This document shows positions 48,486 through 61,540 of a DNA stretch of 64,000 nt, piece after piece; the first letter of the stretch is position 1, and each line of letters starts with the position of its first letter. The notes below the pieces were generated by a model. That model was given only the letters and a program-made list of their open reading frames with translations, searched no databases and was not told where the DNA came from. Source of the DNA: Podarcis cretensis (Eukaryota); assembly GCA_951804945.1 (NCBI GenBank), contig OX638154.1, positions 98,518,001 through 98,582,000 of the forward strand, read 5' to 3'. Both the position numbers and the translations under genes were made by a program.

Positions 48486-48694
48486 CCCACTACGGCGTGA
48501 CGTCATGGCTACCACAGGAGACCACTGGTTCGTTCTGGGGTTGTATCGCTCAGCACTGCTAAGTTCAGTCGTATCATCTCTGCCTCCCACAGCATAGATC
48601 ATGTCTTGGTATACCGCACAACCGAGGTGCTTACGTCGAGTGCCCATGGGTGCTATTGTGTGCCAACGGTTCTCCTGAGGGTTGTAGCGCTCCA
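48486..48694 (-). CDS. KLHL20: KLHL20 exon 10, kelch ([11 protein letters not shown]...MTSRRSG)
   Basis: 209 nt, AG/GT bounded. Confidence 0.96.
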
Positions 48695-48853
48695 CTGTGG
48701 AAGATTTGCATACATGGATCAAGGGCAAAAGAGCATAGCCACAAGAAAAGAAAAGCCAAACACCAATGGAAGCCATTGTTCGTTTCTCATTTCTATTTCT
48801 TCTGTTGCATCAGACCAAGGGCCCATTGACTGTGCTATCGTGTTTCTGATATT

Positions 48854-49001
48854 GCCTGGATAGCTCAGTTGGTTAGAGCAAGGTGCTGACATCACCAAGG
48901 TTGCAGGTTTGATCCCCATATGGGACAGTTGCATATTCCGGCATTGCAGGGGGTTGGACTAGATGATCATCGGGTCCCTTTCAACTCTATGATTCTATGA
49001 T
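48854..49001 (+). mobile_element. tRNA-derived SINE with a CR1-type 3' tail
   Basis: A-box TAGCTCAGTTGG, B-box GGTTTGATCCC, tail GGGTTGGACTAGATG...CAACTCTATGATTCTATGAT. Confidence 0.8.
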
Positions 49002-49422
49002 CCTGGCTAGCCAGATGCTTCCAGGAAACCCAAAAGCAGCCCCCACCTTTTTCTCCCAGGAGCTGGAAATCTGAGGTATCTGAACCTGGAGAAAATTCAG
49101 CTATTCAACTTCAATGGCTATTCAGTTATAATGGTGAGTAGCCACTGCTATCCTACATGAGAAGATTGAAAGTCTAGGATTTAAACAGTTCTCAAATATT
49201 TGTCTTGGGAAATTGCCTATCAGATGGAGACATCTGCATATCTACTCAATATAAAATTAGCAAAATATGACAATTTAGTAAAAAAAAAAAAAAAAACCCA
49301 CCCAGAGCTGAACTCTGCTGCTACCCGCCCTTTCATTTTCTCAGGAAAACCTTCAAATGAGTCATGTCAGAATTCCTCAGAAGCACCTGGAGAGTAAATT
49401 ATTGGCTCTTGCATGGAGATAC

Positions 49423-49556
49423 CTGTGTTCAGAGGTGACGTCCCATCAGAGCCTCCAACAGCATAAAGGAAGCCACCTAGCACAGCCACAGCCACTCCAA
49501 GGCGCCTTGTACTCATGGAAGCCACGCGAGTCCATTTGTTCTCCTTTGGGTCATAC
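49423..49556 (-). CDS. KLHL20: KLHL20 exon 9, kelch ([18 protein letters not shown]...)
   Basis: 134 nt. The acceptor is GAG (tttgag|GTATGA). Confidence 0.93.
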
Positions 49557-50111
49557 CTCAAACAAAACACAAAAGCATCTCTTTCACCAAGTCTGACCAA
49601 TTCCACCAATACCAATCAAGTATCTTGACCCTGGTACTAGTCTTTATCTTAAATGTGTCTTAGAAGGCATTGGTAAATAGCCTGACTTCTTAATACTTAA
49701 AATAAAGACCAGCAAACTCAATTATCACCTCCTGGGTTCCAAACCATATGGACAACAGAATATTCTACCAAAGATAAACCAGGATTTGCGAAACATATAC
49801 GTCCTTTCAACTATAAACTGGGCAAGGTAAACAAAACAACGGACAGGAACTTATGGAAACTAAACAATGGTGGGGGGGGGGGAGGTGTTATGACAATTAC
49901 TCATCTAAAAAAGCAAAAAATCCTCCTGGCTCAAAAGAGTACTTATACCCCAGATTTTAAATGCTTAGGTTGTTCTCAAAGCTCCAACAAGAGACCCTTT
50001 TTTACACTCTACAATCTTGAGAATCAACCCTTTGCTTCACTGAACCAAGGACCAAGGCATGGGTGAGAGATGCTGTAGCCTTGCTAGTATGGGTTACTGA
50101 TGAGGAGAGCA

Positions 50112-50270
50112 TACCATATTTTTCTGTGTATAAGACTATAAATTTTTGAAGTTTAAAATAAGAGGTTGTCTTATACTCAGATAGTGCATAGTGCATTTTC
50201 TTAATTTTTGGTTAAAAAAATAGGGGTCGTCTTATACATGGGGGTGTCTTATAAAAGGAAAAATACGGTA
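50112..50270. mobile_element. Pogo/Tc2-like MITE
   Basis: TA-CCATATTTTTC..TATAAGAC...GTCTTATA...GAAAAATACGG-TA. Confidence 0.7.
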
Positions 50271-50667
50271 ATTCTCAAACGAAAGGCACAGTTCTCTTGA
50301 TCTCTAACTGAGGTTCGGCTTACTTACCTTTCCTTTCTCGCTTGACTTTTAGCATGAGTACTGTGGCAAAATTGCCACATTCACTGTCTCTAAGCTTTTT
50401 GGGATAGATAGGGATCCTTTTTTCTCTTTAGATCATGCTGTGTATGCTCTGTGAGTTGATGCCTTCTTATATTTTAACTCTGCTGTCTGAAAGCAGCATT
50501 CATATACTGTCACTTTCATTTCAGGTACTAAACCAATCTTCCTTTATTCCTTTCTGTGAGCATAAGGCTAACAGACACACATTATAACAGTAGCAAAAGA
50601 TTCCTGGCAGTGTGCATAGGAATGCGTGTGAGTGCTCCCCCCTGCTCCCAACTCCTTAAAAAGATAC

Positions 50668-50811
50668 CTTTCAACAATGTTAAGACAGGAGACACCATCC
50701 TGTCCACCCACAGCATACAGGTAGCCACCAAGAACTGCCACTCCGACACTGGTTCTGCAGGTGCTGGTGGGTGCTACATCGCTGCTCCACTGATTCGTCT
50801 TTGGGTCGTAT
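50668..50811 (-). CDS. KLHL20: KLHL20 exon 8, kelch ([19 protein letters not shown]...)
   Basis: 144 nt, AG/GT bounded. Confidence 0.96.
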
Positions 50812-51120
50812 CTACAAAAGGCAAACATGTCAGGTCTTTATGGTAATTTCACCTGGATTTCTTAAACCTTTTGCATTTTCTCATTACTTACTGCCCTTCC
50901 CTCAAGACCTCTCATTGGTCTATGTCAGTAGATGCTAAACATTATAACCTGGGCACAGATTAATCAATGGAATGGGGTACTCTTTCCAGAGGAAGTACCT
51001 CCTTTCCCAAGTTTCAGATCACATGGGATCAGGAGCACCATGCCATCAGTCCCTCTGCTTATGATGTTTAGGCTACAGGGTTGATGCTGTGCTAGTAGAA
51101 ATGCCATCACACATGCACAA

Positions 51121-51373
51121 GAGAAGAAGAAGAGGAGTTTGGATTTGATAGCCCGCTTTATCACTGCCTGAAGGAGCCTCAAAGTGGCTAACATTCTCCT
51201 TTCCCTTCCTCCCCCACAACAAACAGAGTGTTGAGGTGAGTGGGGTTGAGAGACTTCAAAGAAGTGTGACTGGCCCAAGGTCACCCAGCAGCTTCATGTG
51301 GAGGAGCGGAGACGCGAACCCGGTTCACCAGATTACGAGTCCACCACTCTTAACCACTACACCACACTGGCTC
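51121..51373 (-). mobile_element. Squam3-like SINE in KLHL20 intron 7
   Basis: Reverse complement reads GAGCCAGTGTGGTGTAGTGGTTAAGAG...(CTT)n. Confidence 0.88.
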
Positions 51374-52291
51374 TCGAGGGAAGAATTGGGAAGCTCAGCT
51401 GAGCCCTGAGGTCAACAGAAGTACAAAATGATCTTCTGGGGAAAAAGCCGAAAGATGCACCTCCCCAAAAATCTAAAAACACAGTTGTGGATGCATGCAG
51501 CACGTGCCTGACTTGTCCATGTCTATAGGCACAAAAACCCAGCTGGAACCCGGTTCTGTGCATGGACAAGGAGAGTTTCCCCACAGTTCAGCTGTGCACC
51601 TGGAAGCTGAGTCTGGGGAAGAGAGGGAGGGAAACTAGGTGCTGCTTAGTCTCCTTCCCCTCAGCCTAAAGCCGGAATGAAAGAATTATGTGCTCCTTCA
51701 TAGTCCGGCTACAATTCACCACCACTAATGGGGAAAGGGGCTGATATCCAAGTTAGATAAGACAGAGGGGGCCAGAAAAAGTGAATCCCTGCAGTGTGTG
51801 TGTGTGCGTGTGTGTGTGCATGTGCAGTTTCTAACCTAAGAAATCTCCATGACAATCAGACTTGGAAACCTTAAAAGAAAAAAGCAATGTCCTCAGAGAT
51901 TCAAATGATGAGCCAGATACCAGAACCACTGCAAACAGGTGTGCATAGTGTACCATGCGTACAGATAATTTTTTTAAAAAATGCTTGTTTAGGAAAGTAT
52001 TTGGATCTTGATCAATCTTTTTTTAGAGATATTGTGCAAAGGTTACAACTTGTGGTGGGGAATGGTTCTCACACTGTTGCAGGAATATTAGGTTACAGTT
52101 AGAGTAGTAGTCTCTAGTTTGCATCGTGGTTTGAAATGTTCGGAATAAGCTATCTTTCTCATTCCAAGAAAATAAATGAATGAGAGATGGAATAGCAGCT
52201 TGCACGGAACCCGATTCAACATCCATTGCTATAATCAGAGCAAGCAGTTAAGCTCCAGAGAACCAGAAAAGTGTGTTTGACAAGAACTTAC

Positions 52292-52475
52292 CTTTCCACA
52301 CTGTTAAGATAGGAAGAACCATCATGGCCTCCCACTGCGTACAGAAGGTCATCCAAGACACTGACTCCAACCCCACAACGCCTTTTGCTCATGGAAGCCA
52401 CCATCCGCCACTCGTTCGTTTGAGGGTCGTAGCGCTCAACACTGGAAATGGCATCCCCGCTGCACCAGCCACCCA
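52292..52475 (-). CDS. KLHL20: KLHL20 exon 7, kelch repeats ([17 protein letters not shown]...)
   Basis: 184 nt, kelch GG/Y/W pattern. Confidence 0.96.
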
Positions 52476-52982
52476 CTGAAAGTTGTTGGAGATAATGCAA
52501 TGGAATGACAGAATATAATTAAAATACATAATTATATTAACATTAATATGAGCTTCTGGGGGAGAAAAATGCTGGACTAGACATCTTTGTCAACACACCA
52601 TCAGAGACAATTATGTGGCAACTAATGACAGCAAAGCCATAAAACTTGGTTATCACATTATCTCTGGGAAAACAGAGATAACAGGGATTAACCTCCCATG
52701 CTCTGAAAGGCTGCTTTCCATGCTAAGCAACTGAGAAGTTTTTGAGGGACTTGGATGGGGGTGAATGACTGAGAGTGGATGAAATCACATTCTTGCCCAA
52801 ACACCACATAACAGTCTTAAGGGACATAAGGTTGGCTAAACTTCCCTTTTTAAATATTATTTGTGAGACTATTATAAATTGTGACTCAGGTTATCTGTCT
52901 ACCAGTTAAAATATACATCTGGAATGTGACCCAACTGCTGGCTTAAGAAGAGACAATAATTAAAAGGCTGAAAGCAAAACAA

Positions 52983-53287
52983 ACCACAGAGCCTAGGGCT
53001 TGCTGATCAGAAGGTCGGCGGTTTGAATCCCCGCGACAGGGTGAACTCCCGTTGCTCGGTCCCAGCTCCTGCCCACCTAGCAGTTCGAAAGCACATCAAA
53101 GTGCAAGTAGATAAATAGGTACCGCTCCGGCAGGAAGGTAAACGGCATTTCCGTGTGCTGCTCTGGTTCGCCAGAAGCAGCTTAGTCATGCTGGCCACAT
53201 GACCCTCGGCCAATAAAGCGAGATGAGCGCCGCAACCCCAGAGTCGGCCATGACTGGACCTAATGGTCAGGGGTCCCTTTACTTTTA
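52983..53287 (+). mobile_element. Sauria-type SINE, different subfamily, 5'-truncated
   Basis: Shares the CCTAGGGCTTG..GATC.GAAGGTCGGCGG and CACCTAGCAGTTCGAAAGCAC body but has a different 3' end. Confidence 0.85.
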
Positions 53288-54132
53288 GATATATTTTAAA
53301 TAGCTAAGAGGTATTCCAACTGTTAGAAATCTTTACTGTATTTGATTTTTAACCCTCGGTCCCTCTGCTGAAAGTGCTGGTTGCAAAGTGAAACTAATTA
53401 ACATAATTATGCTACTGTGAGAAAAGAATGTGCTCTGATAAGCAGCCAGGGGGCTTTGACTTAGAGCACAGACTGTAAGGTCTTCAGCAAAGTGAGTTGT
53501 TAGTAAGACCAAGAACACTCAGTAATGGAAAAATACAGTTGGACACCGACTGTTGTCATTGTGCAGCAACTACTGGATGAGCAACTGAAAGAGCTCACAG
53601 CTGAACTGCATAAAATGGTGAATGAAAATGGACCTGAGAAACATGAGGCTAAAGAAGACACAGAACCTTTGGAGAATAATATTGATGGAGACTGCCAGAA
53701 TAGGAGAGTGGAATGGTAGTAGGAGGCAGTAGGTGGTGAAACGGAGGGGATCTCTACACAGGTACTGGAAGAGTGAAACACTCAAACAGTGGAGTTATGA
53801 TGTTGGTGGAGTGGAATGAAACCATGGACATATTCTGAGAAATATTCTGAACTGCCAGAGAGAGAGGAGAAAGAAAGGATCCTGTGTAAAATTTGGAATG
53901 GACTTAGAGGGAAAAGAATAGAGGAAGAGGAAATGGAAGGACCTTTTTTCTAAATTAGGATGGAAAATCATGACCAACAGGAAATGGGAATGGAAGATAT
54001 GAAACTGGGTGTGAATTAATGAATATACAAATAACTATGGATAAATAACTATGGATTACTGTTTTAATATATGGCCACAGCAAAGAGACCAATGTGAGTA
54101 AATTGCTTCTTAACACTGGAGTTGTTGTGTAA

Positions 54133-54372
54133 TACAGTGGAACCTTGTGTTACGTACCGTCCTCCTTGAGAACGCTTTGGGTTACGAGCTCCGCTAACCC
54201 GGAAGTAGACGCTCCCAGTTGCGAACTTTGCCCTGGAACGCGATCTGAAGTCGCGCGTCGGCAACAGGAGGTGCCATTAGTGAAAGCGCGCCACATGTTA
54301 AGAACAGTTTCGGCTTAAGAATGGACCTCCAGAACGAATTAAGTTCGTAATAAGTTCGTAATTAAGTTCGTA
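54133..54372. mobile_element. Tc1/mariner-type MITE, right end lost
   Basis: Starts TA-CAGTGGAACCT. Body related to 22660-22878. Ends in three copies of TAAGTTCGTA. Confidence 0.75.
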
Positions 54373-55281
54373 TATATAACTGACAGATGGAGAATCGGAA
54401 ACCCTTTTCATTTACTTCTTTTCTTTTTTTCATTCCTTTATTATTTTCATCTTCTTGTTTCTTTTACTACATTTCTTTGCTTTGCTCTTACTTTTTATTT
54501 TTTTATTTTTGTTTGTGTCCTCTGCTCTGGGTCAATGAAAGGGTTAACCTGAACTCAGGTTGCCAGTTGGGGTGGAGTTTAGGGGTGGAGAGTTTAGAAG
54601 GCTCCCTGGAGCCTTTTGTTTCCTCCCTCCCATTTTTCACTTTCTGCTTCTTGGAACAAGGAAAAAGCCATGTGGCCTGAATCTGCAAGTGAACTGAATC
54701 TATCTAAAAGGGCAACTTTATAGCCTGCATCTTTGCTAACCCAAAGAGTAAGGGAACCAAGTCCTTTACTTTTTGAGATGTTTGGAACCATTTTTCATCT
54801 TTATTTTACTGCCAGCAGATGGAGACTTGTTTGCTGAAACTTCTGGAAACTCTTGAGTAAAACATTCACTCATTGGGAAATCTAAGGATCTATGATTCAT
54901 TGTAGCCTAAGTATTTTCATGGGGAACATTTGTTTAATGGTGGATAAGGCAGATGCAAACTAACCAAGTTTTAATGTGCTTGGAGCAATCATCACTTTGC
55001 CTAACCCCCCACTGGAGAGTAGGAATCTCTCTTCCAAACCTCTTTCTCCAACACATTACTTTTGCTCAGCCTGGATTTTACTACATATATATTTATACTG
55101 AAGTTTTAGGTCACACACATTTAGATAAGTCAATTCTCCCTCAAGTTAAAGGTGGCCCACTACAACCGTCAGAGATCCTATTGCCTGGAACAAAGCGAGG
55201 GCCCTCGCTGCCTTGCTATACTGTTGACCAAAAATGGTATGCCATGCCTCCCTGACCAAGTCTACAGTCATACATACATAC

Positions 55282-55397
55282 CTGCAAAGAGTACTTCCCC
55301 ACAGCGGATAGGCTTGCGTGGTCGAGTTCTTGGTCCCTGCATCAATGGTCGCTCTTGGGGCAATAGCAAATAGTTCTTAGCTTCATCCACGAGGTCC
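55282..55397 (-). CDS. KLHL20: KLHL20 exon 6 ([38 protein letters not shown])
   Basis: 116 nt, AG/GT bounded. Confidence 0.95.
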
Positions 55398-55698
55398 CTG
55401 CACGGGAAAGGCCATATAGTATTTTTACTGTGATCCAATCATTTTGCAAATTACCAAAAACTACTGCTCCAAAACAAGACACAATTTGTAATGTGTTATA
55501 TAATCAAAACCCAAACACAGTTTAATATAACATTTTGATTTCTTATCCTACACATTTTGAAAACTCTGCTGAACAGCAGCAACACAATTAACATTAGCAG
55601 CCATGTTTAAAAGTGGAAGGTGAGTCGTAGCATTCTGCTAACTAAGTGCATTGACTTGTCAGGATTTAGCAATGCAATTTTCTTGAAAAAACAAACAC

Positions 55699-55951
55699 GA
55701 GCCAGTGTGGTGTAGTGGTTAAAAGTGATAGACTCGTAATCTGGGGAACCGGGTTGCCGTCTCCGCTCCTCCACATGTAGCTGCTGGGTGACCTTGGGCT
55801 AGTCATCCTTCTCTATAGTCTTTCAGCCCCACTCACCTCACAGAGTGTTTGTTGTGGGGGAGGAAGGGAAAGGAGATTGTGAGCCGCTTTGAGACTCCTT
55901 CAGGTAGTGATAAAGCGGGATATCAAATCCAAACTCTTCTTCTTCTTCTTC
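55699..55951 (+). mobile_element. Squam3-like SINE in KLHL20 intron 5
   Basis: GAGCCAGTGTGGTGTAGTGGTTAA head and (CTT)n tail. Confidence 0.88.
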
Positions 55952-57236
55952 ACCCCCATGGCATGTTAACTTATCAGGCCATGCTAAAAATGTTTGATTA
56001 GTCAACCTACCCAAACCCCTTACACCTGGCTCACAACTGACATCATATCTGACATTGGGTAGAGATACAGCTCCAGTACTGAATGGGGAATTCAACCCTG
56101 CTTGGTTCAGGTGAGCCAGTGAATTCCCAGGAAGAACCATCTGCCATGCCAAAACTCTACAGAAAGCAGGAATGAATCCACCTGCATCAGATGATGTGCT
56201 CGGGCAGTTTGCCCCCCCCCCAGGGGCCAACTCTGACAGTTGGGAGGGACAATCCATCTATCAATCACAAGACATCAGATCACTGACAGGTTGGTGGTCT
56301 CACCCAGCTGTCAAATTTGGGCAGCCAGGGTGGGGGAGATAAAGATCTGGCGCATTAGGCCACAAAGGTTCTCTATGCCTGATGGAAGTTGCAATCTTGC
56401 ACAGGCAAAATGTTGTTGATCTTGGAGGGATTTACTTTACAGTAAAGATTCCACAAATCATTCAGTACCAGTTTAATATGTCAACAGTACAGCTGAATAA
56501 TAATCTTTTTATATACTGGGCTCACAGAAGCTTGTGATTCTCAGAATCTCTCAACCCCACCCCAGCAAAAGATGCTTGTGACAGAAGATAGATTTTATGG
56601 GAAGATAGTCTATAATAAACTGGTCATTTTAGAAAGAAAGCATTTTACATGATAGTAGGGGTGGGGGGGTGTGGCCCTCCAGATATTGCTGAACTACAAC
56701 TCCCATCATCCTTATGGGCTACTGCTACAGTCTGATATAATGCCCATATGCAGAGCAGAAACACATTTAGTTTCATGTTAGAAGGAAAGGCAGCAGGAAA
56801 GTTATAAGATAATCCAAGATTTGAAGTGACATAATTTTGTCAGGAGTGGAAAATAAGATAGGGTGGACTCTTGCACCCCTCAAGGGATGCAAGAATCAGA
56901 CTAGAATCAGCTTTTGTTGTGTGAGCCACAGAGAAGGAAAGTGATATTTTTATTAAATAAATTTGTGCAACTGAATGAAATTTTCATGCACCTCCCTTTT
57001 GCCAACAGAAGATACTGCCATTACCTATTTTTATCCCCTTACCTCTCTATGCTGCATCCTAATTTCAGGTCCTAGAAGGGCACTTTAAACATTCCATTTT
57101 ATGATAGTTTTTTTTTTTAACAAGGCAGTCTGACACACAAAAAATAGTCAAACTTCCAAAAGATGAGTTCTGACAGAAGATCTCACAGACAAAGACTTTT
57201 TGGCTTTCAAAATGTAGATGTACTGTGGCGACTTAC

Positions 57237-57331
57237 CTGCATTCTTCATCACTTTTAATGAGCGGGTCAGAGCCAACTGTGCCTACCAGGAACTTTGGGC
57301 TGAGCAGTGGCAGGCGCACATGTTGCAACAC
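57237..57331 (-). CDS. KLHL20: KLHL20 exon ([31 protein letters not shown])
   Basis: 95 nt, AG/GT bounded. Confidence 0.95.
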
Positions 57332-58245
57332 CTGCAAATCAAGGACAGTGGATCAGGCGTGGGATGGGGCACCACACCGCTGAAGAGCGCCCAGCATATG
57401 CCGGAAGTTATGGGAATGCTTTCTGTGAAGATCACGTTATCAGATGTAAAAAATCAACATGCTCCATTCACTCATCATGCCAAACATGGTTTGGGCTTCT
57501 AGGGCCGAGCTGAAATGGCACCCCAACTTCGCCACCCTATTCGCAGTGGACAAACTAATGATGATTCAGCAGATCTTGGTAGCTTTCTACAATTTCTGAG
57601 CACTGCTATGCAATGAGGGAAATAAATGCTATATAGCACAACGGCTGGCAGGAGTGTTGCTGCAAAACAGATGGTGACTGGAAGCGGGGGTGAGTCAGGG
57701 AGGTGGTTTTGACACTACTTGCCCCCTCAATCCCATCCACAAATTATTCAAACCAAAAGTTCTCTGCAGAGAAAGTTGTTACTCAGCTTTATTTAGAACA
57801 CCTTCTCCCTCAGCTTCCAAGTCCACTCCTGTCTCTATGGTACAGCAGCCTCTGGAAATGATGTGATGCCGTAACCATGGCTTGTCATCACATCAAGCTA
57901 TAGTTAGCAGAAGCTTTGGTTTGTAAAGCTGCTTCAAAACCAGTGTTAGATTCTCTTTTGCTGGCTGATGTGTTGAAATCATGATGTGTTGCAAGTAGAT
58001 TCAGAATAGACAGAATAAAGCACTTATTTACACAATGCATGATCAGTTTAGAGGACTAACTACAGGTAATGGTGATGACCACTACTTTACATGCCTTTAA
58101 AATGAGATTAGACAAATGAATGCAGAACTGTGTTATTCTCCCCTTGAGAACAGTTGGGAAAGGGCCTCACCTTTGGGTCTGTGAAGGCACTTTCTGTTTT
58201 TGAGAAGGGGTCAGTCCCTCGCCCCTGATGACTTCCTGCCTTTCG

Positions 58246-58372
58246 TAGAATCATAGAATTGTAGAGTTGGAAGGGACCCAAGGGTCATCTAGTCCAACCC
58301 CCTGAAATGCAGGAATCTCAGCTAAAGCATCCATGACAGATGGCCATGCAACCTCTGCTTAAAAACCTGCAA
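58246..58372 (-). mobile_element. CR1 3' end
   Basis: AGAATCATAGAAT..AGAGTTGGAAGGGACC...CATCTAGTCCAACCCC is the reverse complement of a CR1 tail. Confidence 0.75.
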
Positions 58373-58954
58373 GGTAGGAGCCTTTGTTGCAAAAGGGTTG
58401 ACTTCAGCAGGGTTCTGCACTTTCAAGCCAGCCAAAGCCCACACATTGCAGCTAGTCCAGCATCCTGTTTCCCACAGCTGCCAGCAGGTCCTCCTGGGAA
58501 GCCCAAAATCGCCTTGGGGGCAGTAGTTGCCTCCCATTGCTACACCCCAGCAATTGGTATCTAATGGGATGCTGCTTCTGAACCTGAATGTTATGTAATA
58601 GCCAATAAATAGCTCTAATAAAGTATACATTTGCATTTGATACAATTTGAGAGAGAGGTAAGTGACAAGTGCTCCTTCCTAATGCATTTTCACTCATTGG
58701 CCAGAATACTGGAAGGCAGGAACAAGTCTGTGTTTTTCTTATGGCTCCGTAAGTAAAAGGCTAAAGTGGGAACTGATATTTCTCCCCTCTCCTCCCTCCC
58801 TGTAAGGTCTTTGGTGCAACAACCTGTCTTTTTTGCTATTGTTGTTGTGGGTGATTGATAATGCTATAAGTAAATGAATGTCAGTAGGTCTTGGGCAAAG
58901 TCCTATCAGCATGCATGTCCTTGCGGAAGAAAAGTCCTGTAATCCCAAGGTCAC

Positions 58955-59113
58955 CTGGGGGAGCTGAGGTCGCCTCTCCTGAATGCTGTATTTCACCCAG
59001 GCCATCACTGCATTGAACACCTGCTCTTCGCTCCGGACATTCAGTTCATCACTGGATATGATGTCAATTAGCTGATTGGCTGGAAGCAGCATGAACTCCT
59101 CACTTTCCATCAC
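58955..59113 (-). CDS. KLHL20: KLHL20 BACK-domain exon ([10 protein letters not shown]...QLPQ)
   Basis: 159 nt, AG/GT bounded. Confidence 0.96.
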
Positions 59114-59349
59114 CTGCACAGAGATGCAAGAATACAGAGTCATGGAAAGCTCTTCAAGCAACCAGCAAGCATTATGAACTGCAGGTGCAAAGTCCTGTTC
59201 ACCAATGAAACTGGGGAACCTTCTGCTTCTGAGTATTTTGGTACAAGCATTTTACAAACCTCAGAAAGCAACATACTGGTAACTTTTAAATAACAATACA
59301 GGTTAAGTTAGGCTGGGCCAGTAGACAGACTGAACTGCTTTGAACACAG

Positions 59350-59490
59350 AAGGCTTCATTTCAAATCCTTGCCAGCTATGAGCTTCAGACTTGTCTTGGG
59401 CCAAACATCATTGCAGCCTCAGTTTTCTTATCTGTAATCTGGAAATAACAACAACCAACCCTAAAAGGCGGTTGTTGATAATAATAATGT
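59350..59490 (+). mobile_element. Old CORE/MIR-like SINE remnant
   Basis: GCCTCAGTTTTCTTATCTGTAATCTGGAAATAACA resembles the CORE domain. Confidence 0.5.
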
Positions 59491-60276
59491 ACCAAGTTAT
59501 TTATGCCTTCCATTACCCATTTTGTAAATCAACAGAAACCATATTCAGGGGTGGATAGGAGGGTTATACACATGAATGAGGAATCTTAGCTATTAAAGCA
59601 GCTGCACCTGTAATACAGACAAAAGCCAGCACAAAAAGTATCGGATAAAATTACTAACTGTTTTGCAGATAAATCTGAAAAAGCCTTCTTGACCTAGGCT
59701 TGAGGCAGAATACAAGAGCATCTCAGGACAAGGGGGTGGACTTATTTGATCCCACCCCTGTTCTGCTCACTTTCTCTAAAAATACACACAGAGGCCATGA
59801 GTGCAGATGCACTTCAGAGGGAACCAGAGACTCCTAAAAACTGCCAAGGACTTAGCTAGCATGAATTACAAGCCTCTGACATGCTGCAAACAAGTTAATA
59901 AATTTGTTCTAGCCTCTGGGAGGAAGCAGGTTTCTCAGAAGATACGAGAAGAATCAGAAAGACTCTCACATTTGAAACAGAGGAAAGAACCCTGACTGGA
60001 CAAACCCCTTGAAGCCTATCAAACTGAACTGTAGGAAATGTCTATAGTCGCTTGAGTCTTAGGGAAATCACAAAATTGATTTTATGAGGCCTGCATCTCT
60101 TATGAGCCACCAATCCACATACAGTTCACCATGGACTTGGTCAGTCTATTGCTTTTGCTGTCTGCTTGGGCCAAATATTGTGACTGCTTGGCTATGCTCA
60201 GGCTTGGTGGGTCACAAGTTATGCAGGTCTAGCATCAACCCAAACAGCTAAAACAAGAGAAACCTAATGCTTAAAA

Positions 60277-60597
60277 CAGGAGTCAGCAAGGTTTATCTTG
60301 CCTGGGCCAGATTGGTCCCATGGAAATCTCTCCGTGGGCTGGATCACGCATGCACAATTTTTGGCATCTGCACGTGTGAACCCATGATTTCCGGCATCTG
60401 CGTGTGCGTGCCTGATTTCCGGTGTCTGCATGTGCACAGACGTGATTTCCGGCGCCATGGAAGCAAGTCCCCACGCCGCACTGCGCTGGATTAGTGCAGT
60501 GCGTGAGTGGGCAACTCGGTCTGGGAGCAGCTCATGGGCCGGTCAAATGACCTCCGCGGGCCGTTTCTGGCCCATGGGCCTTAGGTTGCTGACCCCG
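60277..60597. mobile_element. hAT MITE with internal subrepeats
   Basis: Perfect TSD GCTTAAAA, TIRs CAGGAGTCAGCAA / TTGCTGACCCCG, repeated TGATTTCCGG motifs. Confidence 0.85.
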
Positions 60598-60959
60598 GCT
60601 TAAAACATGCAAGCTCATTTTTGATAACCTCTAGAAAAGGGAGGAAAGAGAAACAACAGCTATAATCTAGCATGTGAAGGGCCAAATTAGCTATAGATCA
60701 TATCTCGGAAACAGCCTTTTCTTTCACCAGAACACTCCTCCAATGCAATTATGAGAACAGCTCTAGATCAAGCAACTCAAATACACTGAAGGAAGCCATG
60801 GAGACAGCCAAGTGATCTGCTAATAGACAATCCAATTTCTTGCTCACGTAAACTCCACAATATGTCCCCCCCCTCCACTGTCATTTGCAGTATTGGTTAA
60901 TCTTATATCTGAAGCCAGGGCTTTTTTCAGCCAGCACCTCTCAGGTGGTGCCACTGCCA

Positions 60960-61540
60960 TTATAAGAGAACAAGGGAGGTGTTCATGATGAGTTCTGGCA
61001 TCTCTTTTTCCAGAAAAATAGCACTGTTTGAAGCTTTGACATCTAACAGAGCAGTTAAAGGGATAACAACAGGCCAAGAATTTAACTTATATGCAGATGA
61101 TGTGGTAGCACTTGTAAAAGACTCTAAGAAAGCATCCAAGAAATTGTTATACTTTATCAGAGAATTTAGTAAGCACTCAGGATATAAAACTAATATTATA
61201 AAAATTGAATGAATGGGTTTTAATATGAATAAACCTGTGAAAGGAAAAATAATAGAACAATATGAAATATCACAGAAAGACATTCTGAGTAAATATCTCA
61301 TAATGTGGATATCGCAGAATTTGGAAGGTTTTAAAAGCATAATCATGATAACTTATTACGGGAAGTAAAAAATGAGTAAAGTCAATGGACACATCTGAAA
61401 ATATCATGGATGGGGAAAATATTGGTGTGACTACAAATACTACTTTTGTTTTTAAACATACCATTATGGCTTGACCAAACAGTAAATGGCAACTGGGGGA
61501 AAATATTGATATACTTTGGTATTTAAAAAAAAAAAAAAAC
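60960..61540 (+). mobile_element. Old L1 RT fragment
   Basis: KGI...FNLYADDVV..V.D...REFSKHSGYK.N..K remnant. Confidence 0.75.

Noticed and set aside
48854-48930. tRNA gene
   Set aside because: A/B boxes are present but the cloverleaf is degenerate and runs into a CR1-type tail, so it is a SINE head. The same applies to the Sauria and Squam3 heads.
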